From Podarcis tiliguerta (lineage: Eukaryota), in NCBI GenBank assembly GCA_965153285.1, contig OZ229110.1: a DNA stretch of 64,000 bases; one strand, given 5' to 3'. The position numbers were made by a program, and so were the translations under genes. The notes beneath the pieces are model-generated. The model was given only the letters and a program-made list of their open reading frames with translations, was not told the DNA's origin and did no database searches. Positions 12,901-27,900 of this stretch are shown piece by piece (the stretch's first letter is position 1; every line of letters starts with the position of its first letter).

Positions 12901-15900
12901 CCAAGGCACACAGATCCCCCTCTTTCTTTCTTTCTTTCTTGCAGAACTTTGAACCAATGGAATGTGAGAAGTTAGATGCTGTATTTGAGTAAGATGCTAA
13001 GCCATAATTTAGGGCTACATGAATGAGCACAAGTGAAGAGTTGGGCATAAATGCTTCTTTCCTTTTCCTCCCATGGGGGTGGAAGAAGAACCAGCAGAGT
13101 CAATTTTTTACTTTCAGAGAATTCTACCTTGCTGTGTTGCTGTGTTAAAAGCCTGACTGTGGTAGCTTTAATTACCAGCCGGCTTCAAACTGGTGGGTCA
13201 TGAAGTTGTCTTGTTGAACTAAGCAGAGGCATTTAGGTAGAGCTAAATCATGGTTTAGCATTGTATGAGAATGTGGCCAGTATCTAGTATGTACAGAAGC
13301 AGGAAATATGCATATGAAGTATAATTGTTATAGGAGAGAAAAATCAGTTCCCAAGATTGTGGGATTGGTGTTCAGTGAAATTTAACAAACTGCACAGTAA
13401 AACAAAGAAACAGTATCCTAAAGCTAAGGTACACTAAATGCCCTGGTTTGGGCTGTGGTGATAATTCAGTGGCCCCGTAACACAAAAACTGGAAGTGTAT
13501 TTGTATATAAATGATAGCTAGCAGGTAAGTAATATGAGGAAGGCATTAATTCTTTGTGCAGACAAATTCTGATTCATAACCAAAAAGAAATGCTACTCCA
13601 TTGCATACTTGTAGCAGTGTACAATTTAAAAACATTTTGTGTAAATACAAGTGGAACGGTGCATAAGCAAGGAAATGGCCCATTCACTTCTGCAATCAGG
13701 AATATTCATTTCTCTCCTAGTTTGTGACATGGATTGCAACTCCCCTTTGCAAAACGTTGTGTAATAACTTTGGTTTTGGACCATTGGCTTCTGAGACATA
13801 GATCTCTGAAGGCACTGATTTTGTTAGATTAAAATAATCTCAATAACTTCAACACCTCTCTAGACTCTTAGAAATAGATATGTAGCTGAGGCCAGATGAT
13901 AAAACACAGGAAACACAAACACATCTTCAGGGAACCATTTCCCCTTTCATTTGTCTGCTGAGGAACCCCTGGAGATTGCAGACAATTCTGTAGCTGGTTT
14001 GTGAGTTTGCAAAATTCACCTAGATGTTAATCAAGCCCTTTTTTCTTTCTTTTACTGCAGTGTAGTCCTGGTTGAACAGAGGACTGAATCACACATGATG
14101 TAGATGGTCTCCTGATGGAATTTTAAAAATACTTTAAAAACCACTCACAGAGAATTTTGATTAAGTGGGTCTGGGTTTATACATAAACCCCAAATAATCA
14201 TTGCTTTGAATCCTTAAGTGGTATGATGAATGCCTCTTACAACTTTTTGTTTTGTTGGCATATTATACTGCAGTGTTGGCCCATGAAAGTGAACTTCAGA
14301 AAGGCTCAAGCCTTATACTTTTAATGCTTGGGAACTGCTTTCTGATAGCAGATCTGGTAATGGTTTACCATAAGGTGCGCAAACACGGAGTTGTTCTGAG
14401 TGACTATTACAGCTCTTTCCCCGGTGCCTGTGCACAGAGTATTAGAACCAATGGTCTAGGCTACACCCATCAATATTACTCTGACTTTTACAACAGAAAA
14501 CCCAGATGGAGGAAAGAGGGCTGCCGAATTAATCATCTGCAGGAAATTGGCCATGTCATCTATATAAACACCTACCTATCCATATCAACATTTTGACAGA
14601 AACATACATTATGGCAGGAGGGGGAAAAGAGTTCTAAAAATAAATTTGAAAACACTCTTGATCTCCAAGGGAAGAATATGTTTGGAGGCTGTCAGAACTC
14701 ATCACCAGCATAATGAATCTTGAGAAGGTTATGACTTTACACCAAAGATGAAGAATTTCATTTTCAATCAAGCTTTGCAGATATAACTTCCTGTCCAATA
14801 CAGTTCCATTTTCCAGCGACTGCTTGCTATTGAGACAGAGGGTTGTTTCCAGGGCATTACCAGTGGTGTTACGCTGGTGCAATGGGACTTCTACTTCCAC
14901 CCCCCCCCTGCCTCCACGCACCCCTGACTAGAGGTCTTTCGCTCACTGAGATCCCCTGTGATGGCTGAGCTGCAGGACTGGATATGGCCACAGGAAACTC
15001 CAAAACTAATTTTTAAAAATATACAGTGTTTCTCATATGGACATCCTGCATAGTTAGGTGTCCCTCATTACTTACCAATAAGCTCCTTGTTGCGGACATC
15101 TAATGCCATATTTCTCAAAGCTGTTGCCACAGAAGAAACAACTCTGTCATTGTCCATTCTCAGCAGTTCCACAAGAATCGGAAGCCCTTTCTCTTTTCTG
15201 ACAGCAGCTCGAATATAGGCCGCAAACTACCGACAGAAATGCAAAATTACTTAAAAACATTTACATTTTTTTTTTTATTTTAAAAAACCAATATAGCCAA
15301 CCTTTTCTTTCACCATGTACGAATTTTAATACAAATTAGTGGGTGTTGTCCAAACCACAAAATGGAGCTATGTACCCTACTTGCATTAACTTAAGTGTGG
15401 GTTTGGCATCAACCTCACATTTGAAGAGTTTTCATTATGGGCCACAGAAAGAGATGAATTCGACTAAATATGTTAAATGGTATTATAACTGCTTTAATAG
15501 CTATTAAATATGCAGTAACATTTTATGGTGGGGAACGACAAAACTTTTGGTTCCTTTAAAAGGAAATCACCTGCTGGAAGTTCTAAGACAGTATGTCACT
15601 TTAAGAAACTTGAGGTTTTTTATTATTATTATCCCTTTGGTGAATAAAGAAAAGCGATTTAAGGTATGCAGGGTGGTGCTTTTACAGTATACCAGCTCTG
15701 CATATAGTAAGCAGGAGTGTATAGCAATAAAACCTATTTGTGAACAGCAATTAATCTCCTATTTGCTGATAAACCTATCTGTGCTTCAGTTAATTTAATT
15801 AAGCTATGACCTTTCTTTGCACGGCTTGCAGAAAATGCTGGATTCGGAATATCTGGAGATTTTGTACTGAACAATATCTTTTTTTTAAAACAGTGAGGCT

Positions 15901-18900
15901 AAGAATTTTGCTCCTTACCCCACCCCAGTTATGCACTGGTAAGAAACCCTCAGTGCTTTTAACAGTAGCATGTTGGTAATGTTCTGCCCCAAAAGCAGTC
16001 CACTTTGTGCTACTGTGAATAGATGTATGAACTGGGGGAGCAGAGCTCAAGTTAAATATTAAAAATGCCATTACTTCATACAATAGCAAGGGAGGAATTC
16101 AATGTAGGGCTACAACAAGCATTCTGTTAGTGCAAGCTTTTCTGTTTGCCAGATGGAAAAACCCTCAGTCTCCTCTCCCCACATGCTGTTATGAGGGTTT
16201 TCATGATGCTCCCCCCAATTGGGGAGAGGATGTGGGGAGGGGGGGGAGCCCCTCTGCACTAGCAGAAGTCCCTCAGTTAGCAAGACTATTTAATTGATTC
16301 CCACCCTTAACATTCTTAACTTTCCCCTACATTTTTCCTGGAAATTTTTATTCCACATTCAAGGTAGAAAAAAATATTCTTCTTCAATAAAAAAATACAG
16401 TGTGATTGTCTGCCCTCTCACCCTTGTGCAGTATGGAAGCTTTTCCTTCCATTTTATTTCTTATTTTACTCTTCTTTATGTCTTGCCCTATTAGCACAGA
16501 GAGGCTAACATTACAGCAAACAACACAAAGTAATGTTAGCATCATCCTAACATTTCAGATTAGCCTGTCATGATAGCTAATCCTGGACAAATTGTGATTA
16601 GTAGGCTCAAGTGTAGTTTGTTGAAGCAGACCGGCTTCAAACCTTATAGTCTGTGAAACTGGCTTCTGTGCCAGAGGTGGACAAAGAAGAATGGAGCTTG
16701 CTGGCTTGAGATGGCTCGTTCTTGTATAACACTGAAACAGGACTTAACATTGTGTCCGAATGCAGTCTTCGTCTTCAAATAGAATGGGAAAATATATTTG
16801 TACAGCTGCATCAGGTAGAATACTATGAAGAGTTATGTTCCACCTCCCTTGCACACGCCACTATTAGGAAGGATGGCCTGGGCACACTGTTCCTAGACTC
16901 CATACATAAAAGAATAATTGTGCCACATAATTCTAAGGTATTGTTGAGATCCCAGTTCATGTAATGAGTCAGGACCAAATGCACTTTATCTTCTGTTTGA
17001 TGGGCAGAGTAATATCCACTTGTCCATATGCATGAATTATGGGCAGTATTCCACTAAGTTTTACTCAAAGTACCACTGCTTAAATGAATGAACATGGCCA
17101 ACTTTTGTCCATTAATTTCAATACATCTAAACTATGGTTGAATACCATCTTACTTTTTTTTTTTTAATTGGTCAACTTTACATATAGTTCATATGAGATC
17201 CTGTAACCTGAAGTACATTTCCTGGATAAAACAGCCTGCAAAGTGTTGGATGTTGCCACTGGCTCTCCACTAGAGCATCAGTGTTGTTGCAAAAAACACT
17301 GCAAGGGTGAAGTAGCAACAGCTTCAAGTTTCATACAATACCTTCCAGTTGCCCGCAGAAAGATTCTGAAGAGATCCCGCAGAACCTTCCAAAGTGGCAG
17401 GGTTGGAGCTTTCAGCTAGAAGAGTTAGATACGGTTTCACTACAGAAGGATGCCACAGCATTTCCACACCTTTAGGAGACTTTGACAATCCTGGTATTGG
17501 GCCAACTCCATCCCACTGTGAAAGATAATGCACTTATTATATGTGAGCTCTGTCTTTTAAGCCAAATCCAAACAGGATTGTTTAAAACATCCTGTTACGT
17601 AGTATCCTCTAACATATTGGTTCATAAGCCATGGGGAATGAGGAGGAACCAACCTGGTCCTCCTGCGAAGTTTTCTTCTTCTTCTTCTTCTTTTTCCCCC
17701 AGCAGCTTGGCTCTGAATCTTTGCTAGGTGATTCCTTCCCCAAAAAGTCATCCAACTCATTTATACCCAGAAGGCGGGCCTGAGGCACTTCAAGCTCGAG
17801 ACGGTAGGAAAGGTTTCTTAGTGTGCACACACAATTTTCCACTGTCTGTAAGCCAAACACAGGAGAGATTCTGTAGTGAAATACATAGTGCAGAAGTGAT
17901 TTGGGAATATACATTTAAAGGATGAATTAAACTTTTGAAGGGATATCAGGGGAAATAGGGATCAGCTAAATTTTAACCATGATGAGCCTTTTAGTAATCC
18001 CTCTATATGTTAGTCCAGTGTAAAGGTTATCAAACTTTGTCACAGTGAACCTCTCCAAGTCAACGAGAATTGTGTCCACCCAAGACTGAGTAAGAGAGCA
18101 ACAATTTAAACACTGAACCTTCAGAAATACTACAAGGGAGGGGGAAGAAACTAGTAAGATCTGGAAGATAAAACCCATCCTTGTTTTCATCATTTCACAG
18201 TTCCAGGTTCTGCTTAGACAGGCAGCATTAATTTGCATGCTTCAGGATTCAGTGGCACAAAAGCGTAACAACTCTGTGACTGCAATGGTATAAACAAATT
18301 ACAGCCCAAACCAGACAACTCTCCTGATAACAAAGAGAAAATGTTGTCAAAAGATCTACACACCTTGCTGTCATAATCTGAAGTATTCACACATGTATGG
18401 ATCACATATAACAATGAATCAACCAGCCCTTCACAAGATCTCATTTGTTTCCGTGCCTCCTCTCCTGCAGAGCTAAGATTCCTAAGGCATAAAAACCAGA
18501 ATCAGAATGGTGATGCATATTAATAAACACTATGTATTTTAGTACTCTTATTATCAGAGACATGCAGCCAATTGTCTGCATACGGAAAGCTGCTTAGATA
18601 TGACGATGGTATCATTTGCTGATGAAGTGCAAACACATGTCAGAGTTCAACTCAGTGTATTCCAGATAATACTGTGCGTGTGTGTTTTATAATGACATTT
18701 TCAGTTAACAGGGCAGCTATTAAAACAGTGTTGGAGCAGAATGCCCCTCATTACTGTGTATTCGTTGCTATAAAGAATAGATTGTTGACAGAGAGGATCC
18801 AAAAGATATCAGGATTATGATAGAGAAATCTATTTTCCCCACTCTAACACTATCTATAACCTACTGCTTGCTTTAAAAAATGTGGCCAGTTTTCTCTGCA

Positions 18901-21900
18901 GATTAAATATATACCTTTATGTGTACTTGTTAGGGCTAAACACAGAAATCTGAGTAGGGTCCTCAATGATTCATTTCCCCAGACCACTCAGTGACTAAAA
19001 AATAGCCCTGGGTTAAAGAAAAAAAAAGGGGGGAGCACTGCCTATATCAGTTCTCAGTCAATCCTTATTGCTCAGCAAAATTTCTTACCCAGATATGTGG
19101 TTGGCAATAAATGATCCACATGCTGCACTAAAGCCTGCAAAAAAACTACTTGTTGCTGCTTAACGCCAATCCATTTGGCAATGTCTGCATAGTGTGGTCT
19201 AATCTGGGATGGGTCCAGGCCACACTGAACGGTTGCTGCCAAAAAGATTCTTGTATTTTTACAACCCTCCCAAGGCCAAGGAAGCTAAAACGCTAACTTT
19301 GAGCAAGTTCTCCCTGATTCCACCACCTGAAAATAAATAAATCAAAACACACCCCTTTTGTTGTCTGTGTTTTTAAAATGTATGCAAAACTAGACTATTC
19401 TTTGGGTGATGTTTATTGGCTCACAGACTGTGTGAATATCTTAGACAAGGCAATGGGGTTTGTGAAGAAATACAGTGGGAAGCAGCACAGACTAGGATGC
19501 AGGTTGAAGTTGTTGGAGTAGCAGCAAGTAGCTGTTGAAGGAGGAGCATCTGGAAAGGCATTGGATTATATGGTCCTGTTATGCAGTGGTCCTGTTAGTT
19601 ATGCAGATGTCCTTGCACGAAAGAGACATCACCGTATGAAACAATCCAACGTATACACAAGAGAATGTATATTTTGTATTTTTAAAACCAAGGGCTATTT
19701 TTTAATTAAACGGTGCTTTTATGAGCTCTTGGCTGCTCTTCAATTTATCTTGCTTTCTGGTGAAGTGATTTATCATAATCTAGGTTTGCCTCCCCAATTT
19801 GGTGACCACCAGATGATCTGGAATACAACTCCCACAGACTTGCTGCGACTGATGATAAGACTGCCGTCCGAATGTTGTGGAGGGCACCAGGCTGGAGAAG
19901 GCTGTTCTGGATCTACCTCCACATCTTTATGAAGCTATCTTGTTTTCAGACCTAATCTAACATGGCCATTTTTAATTCAAATCCTGCCTTCTGTCCTTGC
20001 AATCCCTGACTAGCCTGCTTATTCTTCACACTTGCCAACCAACATATTCCTGGTTGCATATTGTGGTTTAAAAGGTCACTACATTTTTAGCTGACATGTT
20101 ATAAATGGACACTTAAATAAGATGTGAATGTGAGAAATGCACGTTTGCCAGCATGTACATTATACAGATGCATTTCTCACAGAGCCATGATGGGCTACTG
20201 AGTAAACTTGGTGACAAATCCAGGTTTGCCTCTGCATAAAGAATGAAACAGATCTAAATGTATTCATTAAAAGGTGCAATCCATCAAACGCTGGTCCAGT
20301 TCATCCCCATTTTCAACAATTGTCCTATTACATAACTTAATATATGCACCCTGCAGCTCCAGATGCTGTCGGAAATGTGACATGATCTGGTGATGCTCTG
20401 CGTTCCTTTCTAGCCACTGATTCTACTACGACTTGATAAACAAGGCTTCATGGTTTACACGGCTAAGGATGATCCTGGCTTGCATCCTGGCCACAATATC
20501 CTTTTTGACATTTCCCTTACTGAGCCGATGACTTCATCAGCTGGCTATATTGGTCATTCATGGATCATACTGCTTTGCTGAGTTCCTTACTGCTGACCCT
20601 AACCTTGACTGCCTGCAAGCCAAGTCTGACCAAAAGCAGAACTGAACCAAGACACAGCCCTTTTGAAATCATGAGCTACTTAAAAAACTAATTTCAAGGA
20701 TCATTTCAATAAATATATGATTCAATTTAGACACCGCACCAAATCAAAGTTTGTGCTAATCATTGTTTAGAACCAAACCATGGTATTACCTTCCAAAATT
20801 AGAGGCAAACCCTAGTTTAAAGCTGCTTCTCTGCTTTCATTTTTATGTCTGCTCAGCACTCTAATCTCTTGAAACAGTGGCTTCTGGGGACAGAGCAATA
20901 ACCATGGTTTTGTGATCACACCAATTATGGTTGCTCCAAATCATGATTTCTGATACTGGTTTGTTGGCAAATTGTCAATTACAACATCACTGTTAAGCTT
21001 CCTTAGCCGTGGTTTAATGGAAAAAGGCACAAATGTTTGGAGGGGATTAGATGGAAGGTTGTAGCGGAACTCTTAATTGTGAGAGGAGGATACTGGGCTT
21101 TTTTGTGTGTTTTTTAAAGCAGTGGAGCTCCTCTTACCTGGCAGCCACAAATTTCTCCTCCAGAATGCCCCAATGTTACATTACTGTAAGACACTCTTGG
21201 TGGAAAGAATGGAGGCCAGCACTCACTGGAGCAGTGCCCTCTCTAGGACATCTCATGAGGGGAAATGACCACTGAAAAGAGCTGTACCAATAGGGCAGAT
21301 GTGTGTCACAACCCTTGAACGCTCCCCCTTCCTCAACAAACTTACGAGAAATCTCCCAAAGATTGAGCAGCGAAATGGAAGGGGCTGTTTCAGCTTGGTC
21401 TTTTGTTTTTAAGTGAGTTGCTCTGGTCATTTGTTGAACTTCATTTGGACTTCAATCAGAGTGGCCAAAATCAAAGAACCAATCAACTAGTTCTGGTGCC
21501 TAAGAGGGCTTTAGAATTGTGCTTCTTGAAGAAGCAGCCCTTAACACCATGTGACAAATTACACCTGAAACTGATGGGACTTATAAAAAGCATCTCGGGA
21601 TAGGGCACAGGAGGAAGATTCTGCTGATTAAAGAAAAAGGGAAGCAACCCAAATGGGCCTTTGGTAGCTCCTTCAATACCAGCAATTATCATTAGATGAT
21701 TTCGATGTGTGTAGCCTGCAATAATTCTTTCAAGCTTACACTAATAGAATGGCCTGAACCACAGTGGTGACCAGTTAATAACTTAAAGATTAAATTGCTA
21801 GAAATGACTTGGCATCAAAGCAACTCGCAACTTAACCCTATAATTAGCATTTAATACAAACACAGAGAGCACACAATCATAAAACAACATGCCCTTGGAT

Positions 21901-24900
21901 ATAAATCTGCATGTCTGCTTCTTTTCATTATGCAAAAGCAAAGCATATTAGCTTGGATGGAAGAAATGATTAGTTTACAAAGGCCGCATAAGAAATTGCT
22001 GTTTTAAGATTACTACTACAAACACAGCAATTTACCTCAGGCATCCTGTTGTATTGCGTAGAACTAGAGAAGTCTGGAATTTAATTTTATGATCATCATC
22101 AAAGGAAGAATTATTCCAACCAGAATGAGGAACTATCACAGTGTTTGTTAGCGTTGAAAGCGCATCTCGAATGATTGTCATCTTTACTGCATCGCATGAA
22201 GACAAGTTCCAGAGAACGCCTGTGGAGGGGGAAAAGATCCATCAAGTATTATTTTATGGATAGAACCATTAGGTTCAACTTGCAAACTTTACCATATAGT
22301 TGTGGTAACAGCAAGTTAAAACACAGCACATTTAAAAGAAATAAAAACCAAATACTCCATAGCATAAAAGACAACAGTATGAGAAGCAACATCTCTCTCT
22401 CTCTCTCATTTTTCAGCTTAGTTTGTGGACCTTAAGTTATCATGATAGAACATAAGAGAGGAATAAGTATCCCTAGTAGGAAGGGGCAAAGTCACACGTT
22501 TATAAAACAAAAGCAGTACTTTGAAAGGCAGCAGACAGACAGCAGACCAGACCATTTGTGTGGTGAAACTTCAGCTGCAATCCTATTCCCACTGACTTGA
22601 GAGAAAGCTCCATTTAACCTAGTAAAGGTAAAGGGACTCCTGACCATTAGGTCCAGTCGTGAACGACTCTGGCATTGCGGTGCTCATCTCGCTTTATTGG
22701 CTGAGGGAGCCGGCGTACAGCTTCCGGGTCATGTGACCAGCATGACTAAGCCGCATCTGGCGAACCAGAGCAGCGCACGGAAACGCCGTTTACCTTCCCG
22801 CCAGAGCGGTACCTATTTATCTACTTGCACTTTGACGTGCTTTCGAACTGCTAGGTTGGCAGGAGCAGGGACCAAGCAATGGGAGCTCACCCCGTCGTGG
22901 GTATTCGAACAGCTGACCTTCTGATTGGCAAGTCCTTAGCTCTGTGGTTTAACCCACAGTGCCGCCCACGTCCCTTCCATTTAACCTACTTTACTCTATT
23001 TTACTTCTGAGTGGGCAGCTGTAGGATTGCATTGTTACAGTTAACAAGTAAAATCCAACCAGATCCCAATGTACTGGGCACCTTAAACTTCAAGCAAAAT
23101 GAAGTCTACATTATACATATCGAGACAAGCTTGGATGGTTTATTCTACAATGTTGTGTTTACATTCTAAAGTGTGTGAGATCAACAGTAACTTGCCACCA
23201 TAACTGAAATACAGAATACATATAGAGTGGCTCAGAAACTATGAGGCATTTCTGATTCCGAATATTTTATTAGCAAGAGACTCTGGGTTGTGTTGAACTT
23301 GCTACCTTCAAAATAATTGGGCGTATAAAGTAACAATCATAACGGATTCATCTTGCATGAGGTTACAGAACTACTGAAATTATGTCCCTCAACTCATCAA
23401 GAAGAGAAAGAACGAACAACTCTTCCCTGGTAAGGAAAAGGAGCAGCTACTTAGGTGAACACTGCCTGTAGTTCCTATGTAATGCATTTAAAGCTTATGC
23501 AAGAGATGTTTCCCACAGTTGATTTCTCCCCTGAAGCGGCACACTGTATCAACGGATGTCTGGATGCTTCCAATTCTCAGGAGCATGTTTTAGCGAACAC
23601 AGAGTGAAGGAGGAACTGGAAAAGCCCAGTTCTGTAAGTGGAACTCGGCTTGTGGTTCTTCTTTTGAATAAGATTTTATTAAGACTTTTCATAATACATA
23701 ATAATAATAATAATAATAAATTAAGCTAAACAAATACAAAGAGAAGAAGAAGAAGGAAAGAGAGAGAGAGAGAAGAGAAAGCATATGAAGTCCTCTTTCA
23801 CAGGTAAATCTTAACTTGTCCCACACAGAGGAAGGTGGTCCCTTCCAGCTCTCACCTGGGAGCTTCTCTTTCTTCTCCCACCCTCCCACCCTAGGAGATC
23901 TTCCCTTCCCTGCCTCTCACACAGGGTCCTTCATCAACTAACCATCACTTTCACCTGCATGTTAACCCCTCCTTAGACCTGAGTAGGGGACCACACAAAA
24001 TACAAACGAACAGAACAGAAACAAAAACCGAGCTAAAACAAGACCTTCATTTATGGCTGAACACGGCTTGACTATTTAGATGTCATGGCAACCTATGTTT
24101 AACGCTAAAAAGGCAATAGAGAGGTGAGCTGTATTTTAGAGGAATGAAGGTGCTTGGAAGCACATGGGTTGCTTCTGATCCTCCAAGCCAGGCATAGGCA
24201 AACTCGACCCTCCAGATGTTTTGGGACTACAATTCCCATCATCCCTGACCACTGGTCCTATTAGCTAGGGATCATGGGAGTTGTAGTCCCAAAACATCTG
24301 GAGGGCCGAGTTTGCCTGTGCCTGCTCCAAACCATGCTACCTTTGCGTAGCAAATTCATTCCAGTCCAGTCTCTCCCAATTTGCCTACTAAAATACTGGC
24401 ATTGTATTTTTGTTACTATTTTGAGGGAACAGACTTTTATGACATGCAACTATATACAGGTCAGTGGTTACAAAATATAAATATTGTGTGCTCTGCTGCT
24501 TGATCAGCCCACACTGCAAGGTCGTCTGACTTGCCTAGCTCTGTGTCAATAAGAGCTGATTGCTTGCTTGAAAGAATAAGCTTTGTATCTTGTTCTCTGC
24601 CAAATGTTGTCTACTTGAGGGGAAATAATAATATGCTGAAGGGCAAGGTGTTTGCTAGGGAAAGAAAAGCCCTTTCATCACCTAGAAGGTACGAAAATGA
24701 GTCCCAATTTGCTAATGACAAGCATACACGGTCTACCCAATCAACTCCTGCACATTCAAAACACAGCAATCTGGAGACTTTGTTTCAATTAGTACTGTTA
24801 GGAACCAAGAAATACAACTGCCAGGTTTCCATACCACAATACACGGTGTGCCACGTGCAATTATTGTGCGCACAGAAAATACTACTTGGGATTTCAGCAA

Positions 24901-27900
24901 TGGATGTATTAGCATAGAAACAATAATGCGAACATATTTTCTCCCCCTTTAAAATGCAAACAGCAAAGACTTGCTGGGTACCTCTAGTTCAGCTTTAAAT
25001 GACAGATTACACACCAGATACAGATCTTGCATTCAGCAACCAAGCATCTATCATCTGGAGTTGTGAAAAAACACATCCAAAGTGAGTACACGTGGCTTGA
25101 GAAGAGAATTGCACCCAATTTCATCAGTAAGATGTTATATTAAGTGCTCCAAAACTGTAACTTTTCATGTACTGACAGTTTAATTTCTTATCAGTAGAAA
25201 AGGGATGGGGAACCTTTGACCGTTGGCCACGTTGGCCGGGGCTGATGGAGGGACATAGATTTACCATCTTTGCATTAGAAAGTTTAGAAGCATTTAATGA
25301 CATTACAATTCAGCCAATAGCTGCCAGGGAGAAGAATGGGGTTCATTTCAATGAAGAAACAAGAGTGCTTACAGCCGACAGCAAGAGCAGTTTAAAAGAT
25401 GGACACTTATAGGCATACCTAATTTCTTTTTAACTGTTTCAGTTTATATAAATATTTTATTTTTGGTGAACTAGTAAAGCCGCTATTCTGGTTTCTAATT
25501 TGACACCTCATTCATCTCTCTATGTTATGGTAAATGCTCTATAGCATCTCTTCCAAGATTTCTATCCAAGATAACTACCTGACATTCAGAAGACATCTTA
25601 AGGCAGCCCTGTTCAGGGAAGTTTTTAATGTGTGATATTTTAGTGTATTTTTGGTTTCTATGGAAGCCGCCCAGAGTGGCTGGGGAAACCCAGCCAGATG
25701 GGCGGGGTACAAATAAATTATTATTATTATTATTATTATTATTAGGCATTGTGCTGTTTAACATATAGCATTCTAGTCCACCTCTAGGACTCAGTTCAGG
25801 TAACAAAGTAATAGCAGCACATAAATCAGATAAAATAAAAGCATGTAGGATATAACCTCCCCTCCCCCACAAAAAACCTCGTCAGTAATATTGTGTAATT
25901 GCAACTCCAGAAGATGAAAAATTAATTCCAAGATATTGAAGGTAATGCTTGAGAACATCATATATCTTTTCTCCACAATTAAGTGCAGGCATTTATTGGC
26001 CACTAGGCATTTTGAATACAGATTTTTGGTGCGGGGGAATCCACATATATTGCACTTCAGTTTTGAACATAGTAATGAAGTGTTCGCTTTTATATAAAGT
26101 TGTTCTTCCCTCAAAGCAATCCTGTATTTAAGCAATGCTAGGCGTAGCAGCAAATCTACTTTACAATGTTACTCGGAAGTTGTTTGCGAGTCCCTCTCCA
26201 CCACTCCTGGTAGCCAAATAAACATTAGTTTTAGAATGTTTATTATTTAAAAGGTGTTTTTGTCAACTGATCAGCAGCTGAGCTGACTTACGGACAGGAA
26301 AAGTTGCCTTATCAGATTTGAGAAGGCATAGTTACAACTACTTATCGGCCTCTGACAATAGTAACTAGGGTGTCACCTACTGTACTCACTACTGACCAGG
26401 GATGATGAATAATTACACAAAGGTGAATGTTTGATCCATTTACTTATGTGTGATCTCTCTACTGGGGCAATTTATTAATGTGCATTTAACACAAACCAGT
26501 AATGTGGCTAGAATGCATTGACCAGCATATCTGCACTTTGAGCATTTTATTAGATGAGGAAGATCTTCTTATCCCATTCACAACAGGCTCAGAACTATCA
26601 ACACGAACCAAAACATCAGTGACAGAATTTGCAATTATGTCATTTATCTATTAATACTGTGGGACCAGACAGTTGTGCCAGATCTCCTTCTCTGGATAAG
26701 GTATGTGTCTTAGGTGCTATTACGAAGTTGAGAATCAAGACAGTAACTACATACAAAAATTATTTAGAACGCTCTCTAGGCTCTCTTTTCGTTGATATAT
26801 ATATTAATTTGTTTAGTTTATATCCTGGCTCTTTCCCCCTGATGGAACCCAGGCTGGCAAACTGATGCTTAGCTGTAACTGTGGGCCAAATTCAGCAAAT
26901 CCAGTGTGCTAGTGAAAGCCTGTGGACAGGCTCCTACTAGCACAATGGGGCTTTCTCCCCTCCCACATGCATTCCCCGATTCCACTTGGGATGTGGGGTC
27001 AGGAGGAAAGTGGGGAATCATTCCATCTTTCAAGGAGAAATGCTTGCAAAGGCGGAATACTCATAATACTCCTCCTTGTATGTTCAGTTAAATACAATGA
27101 TATCAATATAAAATTAGATGCTTTCTTTTCTTTTTCTTGCTACTTCAAAAACTCCCTGGTGAAACAAATGGCACAATACAAAAAGATTCCTGGCTGCAAT
27201 TTTAGCATGTTTGTCAGAGACTATTTTACCAAGATACCAAAGGCCCAAAGTATCCTGGATCCATTTTAAGAAGCCATTTAGCGGTGGCATCAGAATTTGA
27301 ATCAGCGGTTCCTCCTCTCCTTACTCTCCCTACGCATAATTGTTGCATGCATGCTGTGCGCTTTCTTGATATTCTCTAGCAACGGTGCTTGGCTTATATT
27401 ACATGAAGGGGGGGGGGGGACGGGCCATAGGTGCAATCCAGAGAAAAGTGAAACATACCTAATTCTCTGTGAAATCAGTGTTACCCAAGCACAGCTAAGA
27501 ACTGATTCCGTGCCTTAGGCATGCATAACTTGCTTTAGATTGCACCACCCCAAGTGTAAGGTATGGGGTATTAAGAATTTTAATGTATGTAGAAGCACTA
27601 AGAATGAATATAAAGTGTTTGTGTCCAACATACTCTAAGATAAGGTCCGTTAACTGCCTCTGTAATTTCAAAAGTAATAAATCACACCAGGTTTTAGTGA
27701 TGGAGAGTATAACTCATGAAAAATGAGATTCCAAAGAAATAAACACAAAACACCCTTAGGCAGAATAAAGCTGTCTGAGGAAGTGGAGAAATGTACGGGT
27801 TATTCTTCCATGTCAGCAACACAGAAACCAAGACTATGCACTAACTTTGTGATTCTGCAGCAGAGATTATAGGCAAGACTTAAAATATTAAAACGTTTAG

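Noticed and set aside
23655-24090. Possible L1/Tx1 3' UTR on the minus strand
   Set aside because: Only low-complexity composition and a poly(A)-signal-like motif; no diagnostic coding remnant or TSD.
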